Positions 10,970-20,129 of a DNA stretch of 33,472 nucleotides are shown here, piece by piece; within the stretch, counting starts at the first letter, position 1; each line of letters starts with the position of its first letter. Under the pieces are notes generated by a model that saw only the letters and a program-made list of their open reading frames with translations, did no database searches and had not been told where the DNA came from. Source of the DNA: Coleofasciculus sp. B1-GNL1-01. GTDB taxonomy: Bacteria > Cyanobacteriota > Cyanobacteriia > Cyanobacteriales > Coleofasciculaceae. The translations under genes were made by a program, and so were the position numbers. The stretch lies in assembly GCA_040220235.1 (NCBI GenBank), contig JAVJTO010000002.1; one strand, 5' to 3'.

Positions 10970-12407
10970 TTAAGGAGTTGCCAACTGCCAAACCTGAGTC
11001 TCGTAAACATGAGTATTGTAATTAAAATTGTCAACGAAAAGCGTTTGACCATCAGCACTGAATGTTAGTGAACCTACATCATCCACATCCATAGTTCGCA
11101 GCAATTGCCCCGTGTGTAAATTCCAGATTTTGATTTCGTTCTGACTGCCACTGGCAAGAATTTGCCCGTAGGGCTCAATGGCAAGAGCTGTAATGCTTTC
11201 ATAATTGTCGATTAAAGTTCTCACTAACTCACCAGTTTGCCAATTCCACATTTTGAGACTAGCATCCTCAACATTACTTTGAGGAAAACCATTGACATAA
11301 ATATCTGTATAACTTGAACCGCCACTGACAAGAATTTGCCCAAAGGGGCTGAACGTCAGTTTATTAACAGGTGTTGAATGTCCGGCAAGAGTACGCAGCA
11401 ATTTTCCTGTCCGCAAGTTCCAAATTTTGATTCCTCCGCCCAAATGTCCAGTTGCGATAATTTGACTATCTGGGCTAATCGCCAGCGCCAAAATGTTGGA
11501 AATGTCGGCATCATTATTATCCTCTAACTTATGCAGCAATTTGCCAGTAGTAAGGTTCCAAACTTGGATTGTTGTGCCATGCCCACTGGCGAATATCTTA
11601 CCATCTGGGCTAAAGGCAGACCTGTAAGGGGGAATTAGATTATCCGTAGTGAAGCTATGCTGCAACTGCCCCGTGTTGGCATTCCAAATTTTGATGGTAG
11701 CGATATTTCCGTCATCGTCACCGATACTTGCTAATGTTTGACTATCGGGGCTGAACAAGAGAGAGCGAACACTACGATAATTTCCTGGGAGAACTTGCAG
11801 GTCTTGACCAGTGATTCTATGACACAAACGGATACCATCACTTCCAACCCCCACTCATGCCGGAACGGGTGATATTGGTGTAAACCAAATCATAGCCGTT
11901 GTCTAAAGATTCCAGTGGACGCCCGGATATCTTACCTGAGGTAATCTGAAAGATACGTTGAGTAATAGCACGTCCCGGATGGGGCCAACCGGAGATATAA
12001 ACGGTTCCTCCCTCAGTGGCGGTGTCAGAATCTCCCACTAGGGCAATTGGATAATGTTTGTCACTGGTAAACTGCACTAGCGCTAAGTCTAATCCCGGTA
12101 ATTTTTTAACCATGCCATAGTCTAGGGAATATTTAACACCATCGGAGGTGACAATTTCATATTCATCTTGGGTGGCGACAACGTGCTTGGCAGTGAGGAC
12201 GTAGTAGGTGTTACCATCTCTGGAAACAATCACGCCAGAACCCGGATTTTGACCGTTGATTACCACGGTGGTATTTCTAGCGAAACTCGCGATCGCTTGG
12301 GCTTGTTCATCCACTGTTTGCGGTATTGCAATTTGCGGTTGCACCACCACAATTGCTGATGAACCAATCAACGCTGCTGATAATCCATAGAAAAAATTCT
12401 GAGACAT
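10970..12407 (-). pseudogene. Trypsin-like serine protease-WD40 paralog 2, split by a frameshifting deletion just after GMSGG
   Basis: ORF 11838-12407 ends GMSGGWK*; ORF 10970-11854 is WD40; the PIWD..IGIHG..FNLGIPIN block of the intact paralogs is absent. Confidence 0.85.
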
Positions 12408-12438
12408 CTTTTATCCTCAGTACACAAGAACGTTAAAA

Positions 12439-14151
12439 TTAAGGTATTGCTACCTGCCAGATCTGAAGATCGTATAGATCAGTACTGAACAGCGTTTGAC
12501 CATCTCCACTGAACGCTACTGACAAGAAAATTCCATTAGCCTCCAAAGTACGCAACAGTTGCCCCGTCTGTAAATTCCAAATTTTGATCTCGTTTTTACT
12601 GGTACTGGCAAGAAGTTGTCCGTATGGTTCAAGAGCAAGAGAATCAATAGTTCCATAATTTTCTATTAAAGTCCCCAGTAACTCACCCGTTTGCCAGTTC
12701 CACATTTGGAGCGTAGCATCATCAACAGTGCTTTCGGGAGAACCAATACTGTCTCTAGAACTCCAACTTCCACTGATGAGAATCGGATTATCCGGGCTGA
12801 ATTCGATAACGTTAATAACCCCTTGTCCAGATAAGGTACGCAGCAATTCGCCTGTACTTAAGTTCCAAATTTTGAGAGTTCCGAATGAACTGCCACTGAC
12901 AAAAATCTGGCTATCCGGGCTAATGGCAACCGTGGTAACTTGCTCCTCATGATCAACCTCGTGCAGCAATTTGCCAGTATTGAGGTTCCAAATTCTAACT
13001 ATTTTGTAATCATGGATACTGGCTAAAATATTACTGTTGGAGCTAATGAAAACACGACCAGTATACTCATAGCTGGTAAGGGTACGTAGCAATTGCCCTG
13101 TGTTGACGTTCCAGATTTTGATGCTTGTGCTGCTTCTGTCTCTGTCGTCTATACCCTTACTTATCAATATTTGACCATCTGGGCTGAAAACAAGTGATTC
13201 AGTTCGATAAGAATGCCCTTCTAGAGTTCGCAGTTCTTTACCAGTTTTTGTACTGCACAAACTGATTTCACGTTGACTGTTGCGATCAATATCTGTTATA
13301 CGAACAATAGCAATCATTTGATAATCAGGACTAACGTTTAAATAATACCCATAATACCTATGTACGTCTGCTTTTGAGCAGGGTTCTTTAAACACTATAG
13401 TATCGATGAGAGAAAAGTTATCCTGCAAATAAGATAAGTCAATACCATTGTGGGAAGAGAGTTTCAAAAATGTGTTGATGGGAATACCCAAGTTAAATCC
13501 CGATTTCACAGCAATTGTATTCCCATCTGGATTAATAATCTGTTCCCCCTCCGCCTGTCCATGAATGCCAATAACCCGTCCTTGAGTATCCCATATCGGA
13601 CTCCCACTCATGCCAGAACGGGTTATGTTGGTATAAACTAAGCCATAGCCGTTTTCTAAAGATTCCAATGGACGACCAGAAATACTCCCTTTAGTGATTT
13701 GATAGATACGTTGAGTAATGGCACGTCCTGGATGGGGCCAACCAGAAATATAAACTGTAGCGCCTTCGGTAGTAGCTTCTGAATCCCCTAGTAAAGCCAG
13801 AGGATAGTTTTTGTTGCTGGTAAACGCTACCAGCGCTAAGTCTACTCCAGGTAATTTTTTGACACTGCTGTAGTTGAGGGGATATTTAGTGCCATCAGAC
13901 GTGACAATTTCATATTCATCTTGAGTGGCGACAACGTGTTTGGCAGTGAGGACGTAGTAGGTGTTACCATCCCTAGAAACAATCACGCCAGAACCGGGAT
14001 TTTGACCATTGATTACCACGGTGACGTCTTTGGCAAGAGATGCGATCGCTTGTTCATCCACTGTTTGCGGTATTGCAATTTGTGGTTGCACCACTACAAT
14101 TGCTGCACTCACCAACGCTGCTAATAATCCAGAGAAAAAATTCTCAGACAT
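12439..14151 (-). CDS. Exported trypsin-like serine protease fused to a WD40 beta-propeller (paralog 3, intact)
   Basis: Signal peptide; triad motifs TAKH, DLA and GMSGSP; about 7 WD40 repeats (FSPDGQ..IKIWN..TG.LLRTL). Confidence 0.9.
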   Translation of the reverse strand: MSENFFSGLLAALVSAAIVVVQPQIAIPQTVDEQAIASLAKDVTVVINGQNPGSGVIVSRDGNTYYVLTAKHVVATQDEYEIVTSDGTKYPLNYSSVKKLPGVDLALVAFTSNKNYPLALLGDSEATTEGATVYISGWPHPGRAITQRIYQITKGSISGRPLESLENGYGLVYTNITRSGMSGSPIWDTQGRVIGIHGQAEGEQIINPDGNTIAVKSGFNLGIPINTFLKLSSHNGIDLSYLQDNFSLIDTIVFKEPCSKADVHRYYGYYLNVSPDYQMIAIVRITDIDRNSQREISLCSTKTGKELRTLEGHSYRTESLVFSPDGQILISKGIDDRDRSSTSIKIWNVNTGQLLRTLTSYEYTGRVFISSNSNILASIHDYKIVRIWNLNTGKLLHEVDHEEQVTTVAISPDSQIFVSGSSFGTLKIWNLSTGELLRTLSGQGVINVIEFSPDNPILISGSWSSRDSIGSPESTVDDATLQMWNWQTGELLGTLIENYGTIDSLALEPYGQLLASTSKNEIKIWNLQTGQLLRTLEANGIFLSVAFSGDGQTLFSTDLYDLQIWQVAIP

Positions 14152-14182
14152 CTTTTACCCTCAGTACACAAAAAAGTTCAAG

Positions 14183-15907
14183 TTAATGTTTTGCTACCTG
14201 CCAGATCTGAAGATCGTATAGATCAGTACTGAACAGCGTTTGACTATCTGCACTAAAACCTATTGCCTTTACAGGTTTGCCAGCATCTAGAGTACGCAGC
14301 AGTTGTCCCGTGTGTAAACTCCAAATTTTTATCTCCTTTTCGCTTGTACTAGCAAGCATTTGCCCACTTGGATCAATAGCAAGGGAATCAATCGTTTGAG
14401 AATTCTCTGCCAAAGTCCACAGTAATTCGCCAGTTTTCCAGTTCCAAATCTTAAGCGTAGCGTCAGCAGCATTGCTGGAAGGAGAATTATCATTTCCCAG
14501 ATCTGTAGAACTCAAAGTACCAACGGCTAAAATTGGTGTACTAGGACTGAATGCAGTAGCAGAAACAGGCAATTGCCAAGGCAAAGTATTCAATAATTTC
14601 CCTGTAGCTAAATTCCAGATTTTGATACGTCCGCTAACAGATGCACTGCGGAGAATCTGACTATCTGGGCTAAGGCTAAGTCCCGTAACCGTATCCCCTT
14701 GATCAATCTCATGCAGTAATTTGCCAGTACTAAGATCCCAAATTTTGATCATTGTGCCATGGTTACTAGCTAATGTTTTGCTATCCCGGCTAATGAAAAG
14801 GACATGGCGACTGAATCCGTCATTGCGGGTAAGGGTATGCCGCAATTGTCCGGTGTTAACGTTCCAAATTTTGATACTTGTGATACGTCTGTCGTCTCTA
14901 CCACTACTTACAACATCCTCTCTACCAACACTGACAAGGGTTTTACCATCTGGGCTTAAACTTAAACCTAAACCTCCCTGGTGAGAACGATAATAATATT
15001 CTTCAAAAGTTTGTATTTCTTGACCAGTCGTCATATTGCACAGATGGATGATACCATCTACAGCATACATGGCTATTAGTTGATAATCAGAATTGAAAAA
15101 TACTTGAATTGAAGAGGCTCTTTCTTTGGGGCATCTTTTGTCAGATAAAATAGTGTCACTAATAGAAAAATTATCTTGCAAGTAAAGTAATCTACTGTCA
15201 TTTTTGGAAGAATGTTTTAAAAATATGTTTATGGGAATACCTAAATTAAATCCCGATTTCACAGGAATTGTATTCCCATCTGGATTAATAATCTGTTCTC
15301 CCTCCGCCTGTCCATGAATACCAATAACCCGTCCTTGAGCATCCCATATCGGACCACCACTCATGCCAGAACGGGTGATATTGGTATATACCAAGTCATA
15401 CCCATTCTCTAACGACTCTAGAGGACGCCCCGATATCTTCCCTGAGGTAATCTGAAAGATACGTTGAGTGATGGCGCGTCCCGGATGGGGCCAACCGGAG
15501 ATGTAAACCGTTCCTCCCTCAATTGCGGTGTCAGAATCTCCCACTAGGGCAATTGGATAGTGTTTATCACTGGTAAACTGCACTAGCGCTAAATCTAATC
15601 CTGGTAATTTTTTAACCGTGCCATAGTCTAGGGGATATTTAACGCCATCGGAGGTGACAATTTCATATTCATCTGGAATGTTAACAACGTGCTTTGCGGT
15701 AAGCACATAGTAGGTATTGCCTTGTCTGGAAATAATCACCCCAGAACCCGGATTTTGACCGTTGATTACCACAGTGGTATTTCTGGCGAAACTCGCGATC
15801 GCTTGCGCCTGTTCATCGACTTGTGCTGTAACAATTTGTGGTTGCACCACCACAATGGCTGCACCCATCAATGCTGCCGATAGTCCAGAGGAGAAATTCT
15901 GCCACAT
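14183..15907 (-). CDS. Exported trypsin-like serine protease fused to a WD40 beta-propeller (paralog 4, intact)
   Basis: Signal peptide; triad motifs TAKH, DLA and GMSGGP; about 7 WD40 repeats. Confidence 0.9.
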   Translation of the reverse strand: MWQNFSSGLSAALMGAAIVVVQPQIVTAQVDEQAQAIASFARNTTVVINGQNPGSGVIISRQGNTYYVLTAKHVVNIPDEYEIVTSDGVKYPLDYGTVKKLPGLDLALVQFTSDKHYPIALVGDSDTAIEGGTVYISGWPHPGRAITQRIFQITSGKISGRPLESLENGYDLVYTNITRSGMSGGPIWDAQGRVIGIHGQAEGEQIINPDGNTIPVKSGFNLGIPINIFLKHSSKNDSRLLYLQDNFSISDTILSDKRCPKERASSIQVFFNSDYQLIAMYAVDGIIHLCNMTTGQEIQTFEEYYYRSHQGGLGLSLSPDGKTLVSVGREDVVSSGRDDRRITSIKIWNVNTGQLRHTLTRNDGFSRHVLFISRDSKTLASNHGTMIKIWDLSTGKLLHEIDQGDTVTGLSLSPDSQILRSASVSGRIKIWNLATGKLLNTLPWQLPVSATAFSPSTPILAVGTLSSTDLGNDNSPSSNAADATLKIWNWKTGELLWTLAENSQTIDSLAIDPSGQMLASTSEKEIKIWSLHTGQLLRTLDAGKPVKAIGFSADSQTLFSTDLYDLQIWQVAKH

Positions 15908-15954
15908 TCCATTCCCATCCCTAATCTAAAATTAACCCTTATTTTGACGCTGAT

Positions 15955-17592
15955 TTAACGCTCAAACGACTCAGATTGAGGCATTGGAATGCGTCTGCGA
16001 ATTGGTGTGAGACTAGGATACTCACTATTGAGATACCGCTCCAGATTGATGAGAATAGGAGGTAGCGGTTCCGGAATTGGTCCTGTCAGAGGAACACGAA
16101 TACGCATAATCCGCTGTAGCGCCGCTCTAGGATTGTTTCTAGGATGACTACTTCCATCCATGAGCGCAAATAACGATTCCCGGCAACCTCCTACCTCATT
16201 CTCAACAAGACAGGCTACGGTTTGCCCATCCACTCGGCGAGTGCTGATGTAGTTGAACTCACCATTTTGGTAAGAAGTCTGGAGTTTTTGCGAAACATCC
16301 TGGCACAGTTCCGCAGCCGTCGAACCTGATGTATTGATATCTGGAGAATTCCACAGAATCATCGGCACTACTCCCTGTGAAGTACGAGCAAGGGTTGCTG
16401 GAACTCCCTCACTCGTACCACAGAAGAAGGTTACGTCTTGATCGCGATGAACCTCAGGAACAGCAACCGACAGCCTCTGTTCCAACGCATCTAACTTCTG
16501 CTGAAGTTGCTGAACTTGTTCCTCATCCCCCAAAGTACGATAATTCGCTTGAGCCGCCTGAAACAACTCAAAGGCTGGCGGTAATTCGTCTAGTGCTTCC
16601 TTCACCTCAGCTAAACTAGATTGGAGCATCCCTTGAGCTTCAATATTATCCTCTGCCTTAGCTTGCTCCAGTGCCATCTCGTACTGTTCCTCAGCTAACC
16701 GAATTAAGCCAATTTGGTCATAGATACTGCCTAAAAGCTGGTAAACGGCTGTGGTTTGGTTCCCTTCACTAACCAATCCCTCCAACACCTCAATCGCCGC
16801 CGCATTTAAATCATAACTTCGATACAAATGAGCAAGTGCGATCGCTTTTGACTCATCATTTAACGGCTGTTGCTGCAATTGGTCAATCTTCGCCCGAATC
16901 TCTTGAGCCTCCTCTTCACCCAACACTGTAAATCCAGCCGGAAGTTCCTCCAGCGAAGACGTTCCATTATCCGCCGTAACAATCACCCAATAGCGACTCC
17001 CCGGTTGAAAGGGTTGCTCTCCAGAATAAACCACTTGGGGTTGATTCACCTCGGTTATCCAATTAACTTGTGATCCCCTGACTTGCACCTGATAAGATGT
17101 TGCGCCTTCAACGGCATTCCAGCGCAGTATTGGTTGCTCATTTAAAATAGCTGTATTGCGAGGACTAATAATATAAGGAATTGTCAGATCAGATGAAGTG
17201 CGAGTACGCCTGCGATTCTTAGGGAATATAATATCAGGTCTTTCAGGAACTGGACAACCACGGGAAACCGGAAATTCTCCTTTAGCCCGAAGATTCCAAA
17301 TGAACAAGTTAGAACAAAGTACTTTCACAGTTGCACCTCGTCCTAATTGCAACCTATCGGAGGAATTCAGGAATTCACCGCCATAAGCTCGCTGGTAGTT
17401 CCGCCGTCCTGCTCGTTTAATTCTGACATCACCTTTCACCTCAGATAAAATATTGAGACTCGTTCTCTGACTTAGCGCTGGCGTGGCTCCACCGATTAGC
17501 AATAAACTTAAAACGACAACGTGGGTTAACGTTCCCCAAATGTCTTTCCTGTGAAAAATCGGTAACTTTTTCAAATTCCAGTATTGCTGCAT
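15955..17592 (-). CDS. Exported protein with beta-rich N-terminal region, TPR repeats and C-terminal COP23-like domain
   Basis: Hydrophobic signal ending ATPALS; PYIISPRNT..P.LRW motif; TPR helices; TFFCG..GVPAT.ART.QG.VPMILW..C..VS..LQ resembles the cyanobacterial COP23 domain. Confidence 0.7.
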   Translation of the reverse strand: MQQYWNLKKLPIFHRKDIWGTLTHVVVLSLLLIGGATPALSQRTSLNILSEVKGDVRIKRAGRRNYQRAYGGEFLNSSDRLQLGRGATVKVLCSNLFIWNLRAKGEFPVSRGCPVPERPDIIFPKNRRRTRTSSDLTIPYIISPRNTAILNEQPILRWNAVEGATSYQVQVRGSQVNWITEVNQPQVVYSGEQPFQPGSRYWVIVTADNGTSSLEELPAGFTVLGEEEAQEIRAKIDQLQQQPLNDESKAIALAHLYRSYDLNAAAIEVLEGLVSEGNQTTAVYQLLGSIYDQIGLIRLAEEQYEMALEQAKAEDNIEAQGMLQSSLAEVKEALDELPPAFELFQAAQANYRTLGDEEQVQQLQQKLDALEQRLSVAVPEVHRDQDVTFFCGTSEGVPATLARTSQGVVPMILWNSPDINTSGSTAAELCQDVSQKLQTSYQNGEFNYISTRRVDGQTVACLVENEVGGCRESLFALMDGSSHPRNNPRAALQRIMRIRVPLTGPIPEPLPPILINLERYLNSEYPSLTPIRRRIPMPQSESFER

Positions 17593-18851
17593 TCTTTCCC
17601 TGCCTTTTTCAATTTTTGGTTAGCCAAATGCAACCAGGTATCCTCATCGCTATTGAGTCGGAACCCTCCTTGACAACACTCTTGCCAATGTCCTAAAGCT
17701 GTCGATTGTTTTTGGTGATCCAGTACCTGAGCTAAAACACAATGGGCTGAGGCATGGTTAGCAATATACTGCGCCGTTTCTGGATTTTCCGCAATACCAA
17801 TCGCCGCTTTTAGGGTTTGCTCTGCCTCTTCATATCTGCCTTGCTCAAACCGTATCCAACCCATATTCTTTAATAGGTTATAGCGCACATCAGGAAAGCT
17901 TTGCTGTTCACTGGCTAACACCAGTCCTTGAGTTAATAACGCCACCGCTTGCGGATATTTCTGCTTCTGAATATACAGGCGAGCCAAGTTATTATACGCC
18001 TCAGGCAAGTCCCCGCCAACAGCAATCTGGTAATATTTCTCTGCCTTTTTCAAGTCTTGCCTGTCTTCATATAAATTTGCCAAATTATAATAAGCATCTA
18101 CATTATTCTCATCCAAAGCAATTGCCCTCAAATACTCCTGTTCCGCCGTACCTAATTTTCTCAGTCGATAATGCTCAAGTCCCCAACGGTTATAAACTTG
18201 CGAAATATTCGGCAGCGATAACCAAAAAGCCATCAGAAATACGGACATTAGTAAGGTTGAACCTGCCATTACCTCTTCCCGCAAATAAGTGGGAATTTTG
18301 AGCTGAATCAACAGTTTATTAAACCCTTCATGACCCGATTTCGTCAATTCACTTCGCACCTGCAATAATGCCAAAATACTCGGTAAAATTACTGCTGCTG
18401 CACCCGCTAATCCTGCACCCTGACTAAAAAAGCGACCCGCAATATTCACCAACAAACTCAGATTCGCCGTCCAACCCGCAATGGTTAGACTGCGCCACAA
18501 CCAATCGAATTGATCCCACGGATGGTGGGGGGCGATACGTTCCAACCGCCACCACCAAGCATCTGGGGATGGGTGTACACTTTCCCGCCATTGGGCGAAT
18601 TGTTCAGCGGTTTGGTAATTCACCGCTTTAGCAATCACTTCCGCCTTTCCCCGCAGCGCCTGATCCAACTCAATCACTTTTTGCAACTGACTATTCGGAA
18701 CAGGAGACTGCTGTTTCAGCGCCACCTGCACCGTATCCCGTGCATTCAATACCGCCAACACTTGTTCCACATCAACAGCCGCTTCAGTCTGGTCTAGACC
18801 CTCCAGAGCAGCTTGATAGCGTTCTAGTGCCGTACTTAGAGAAGTTGGCAT
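17571..18851 (-). CDS. Membrane-anchored TPR protein
   Basis: Helical N-terminus, WWW motif, 2-3 hydrophobic segments, then TPRs (AYYNLANLY, AYNNLARLY); overlaps the next gene by 22 bp. Confidence 0.8.
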   Translation of the reverse strand: MPTSLSTALERYQAALEGLDQTEAAVDVEQVLAVLNARDTVQVALKQQSPVPNSQLQKVIELDQALRGKAEVIAKAVNYQTAEQFAQWRESVHPSPDAWWWRLERIAPHHPWDQFDWLWRSLTIAGWTANLSLLVNIAGRFFSQGAGLAGAAAVILPSILALLQVRSELTKSGHEGFNKLLIQLKIPTYLREEVMAGSTLLMSVFLMAFWLSLPNISQVYNRWGLEHYRLRKLGTAEQEYLRAIALDENNVDAYYNLANLYEDRQDLKKAEKYYQIAVGGDLPEAYNNLARLYIQKQKYPQAVALLTQGLVLASEQQSFPDVRYNLLKNMGWIRFEQGRYEEAEQTLKAAIGIAENPETAQYIANHASAHCVLAQVLDHQKQSTALGHWQECCQGGFRLNSDEDTWLHLANQKLKKAGKECSNTGI

Positions 18852-19179
18852 CGTTCTATTGACTTAGAGGCAATAATCGGTTCTATTTTGCCCAGTTAAA
18901 GTATATTTTTCACTAAAAGTTTACAAATATTTGCTAAACGGTATCAGGCTCGTCTAGTCACACTGATGGGTGTCCCCAACAATCGAGCGATCGCCTAGAA
19001 CCCTGATGCAATAATCCAATCATCTCCTGAATCACCTCGAAAACGGTAATATATGCTACAAAATAATCCCTTTTATCGCTTATTAGTGATTAGTTCGTTA
19101 TTAAAGTTGATTTTTGGGCAGACTTTTTTTTAGGTCATCATCAACATCCTGAATGAAGAATATCGCCAAGCTTTGGAAC

Positions 19180-19303
19180 TAGCCCACCAAAACGGTTTGA
19201 CCCGTCTCGCTTGACTTTAAATTTGTGGGATCACGTAGGGTGGGTTAGGCGGGACTTTCATGAAGACGATAACTATTCAATGAGTTATCCGCCGTAACCC
19301 ACC
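19180..19303 (+). repeat. 124-bp direct repeat, copy 2
   Basis: Matches 4181-4304 at about 94% by eye. Confidence 0.9.
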
Positions 19304-19345
19304 ACTATTAACACTGAGGATGTATTATTTAATCAATATTTATTC

Positions 19346-19735
19346 CTAATCCCACCAAGCATACAACTTTTGCGAACTAATTTCCATTTCATCGCACCCC
19401 CAAACAAATCGCACAAATTCTCCGGCAAAGTCTAAGTCTTTTACGCCGATAACCGTTATCGAATCAACGACCAAATTGGGACTTTTTTTATCGGGAAATG
19501 CTATTCCATCAAAGGTTGCTGTCACTCCATTTCTCTGACATCGCTGTCCAAATTCAATAAATGAACCAACTGAGGGAGCGGCATTAAAATGTGCCGATAG
19601 TTGAGTATATTCCTCGGCAATAATTTGTTGTAATGTTTCTAGGGATAAACCCTGGAACTTAATGGCGTTGGGGGTATATTCTATAATGGCTGTACCTAAT
19701 CGTTCTTCTATTCGTTGAACCATAACCTTATCCAC
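19346..19735 (-). CDS. Hypothetical protein, 129 aa, ending in AWWD
   Basis: Isolated ORF with protein-like composition and GTG start; no family recognised with confidence. Confidence 0.65.
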   Translation of the reverse strand: MDKVMVQRIEERLGTAIIEYTPNAIKFQGLSLETLQQIIAEEYTQLSAHFNAAPSVGSFIEFGQRCQRNGVTATFDGIAFPDKKSPNLVVDSITVIGVKDLDFAGEFVRFVWGCDEMEISSQKLYAWWD

Positions 19736-19833
19736 CTTTGACCATTTACAGGAAAAAACCGTATTAGGTAGGGTTTATATCAGTGAAGAGTTGGACATCA
19801 ACGTCGCATTTATTTAAATAATATATGCCGTTT

Positions 19834-19858
19834 GTAGGGGCGCAAAGACTTGCGCCCT
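19834..19858. repeat. Short GTAG-type REP hairpin
   Basis: GTAGGGGCGCAA-AGAC-TTGCGCCCT; a related inverted copy lies at 28405-28428. Confidence 0.7.
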
Positions 19859-19888
19859 TTATAAAAGGTTATGAACGAACCCAATTAA

Positions 19889-20040
19889 TAAGCTGTTCGG
19901 CATTTAAACCTTAATGTCAATAATGGCGAAATCCTTGCCGTAGTGCGTTTAGCGAAGCCATGCCGCAGGCTTTGCATCTTGCTCGCTACATTGAGCATCT
20001 TGCTCGCTACCCATTCCCAATTTAAATGCATGACAGCTTA
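19889..20040. mobile_element. 152-bp MITE
   Basis: TIRs TAAGCTGTTCGGCATTTAAA and TTTAAATGCATGACAGCTTA; internal GCATCTTGCTCGCTAC occurs twice; a homologous copy at ~4364-4421 plus 5998-6017 is split by the IS. Confidence 0.8.
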
Positions 20041-20110
20041 TCGGTGGGTTACGGCGGATAGTTCATTAATCATTATCGCCTGAATTTAAGCCCCGCCTAA
20101 CCCACCCTAC
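20041..20110 (-). repeat. GTAG-type REP element, inverted relative to 4236 and 19235
   Basis: GGTGGGTTACGGCGGATA...CCCGCCTAACCCACCCTAC. Confidence 0.8.
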
Positions 20111-20129
20111 GTGACTATGTGACAAAGAC

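Noticed and set aside
9326..15907. Diversity-generating retroelement as the source of paralog variation
   Set aside because: No reverse transcriptase in the window and no template/variable repeat pair differing only at adenines; differences look like recombination and indels.
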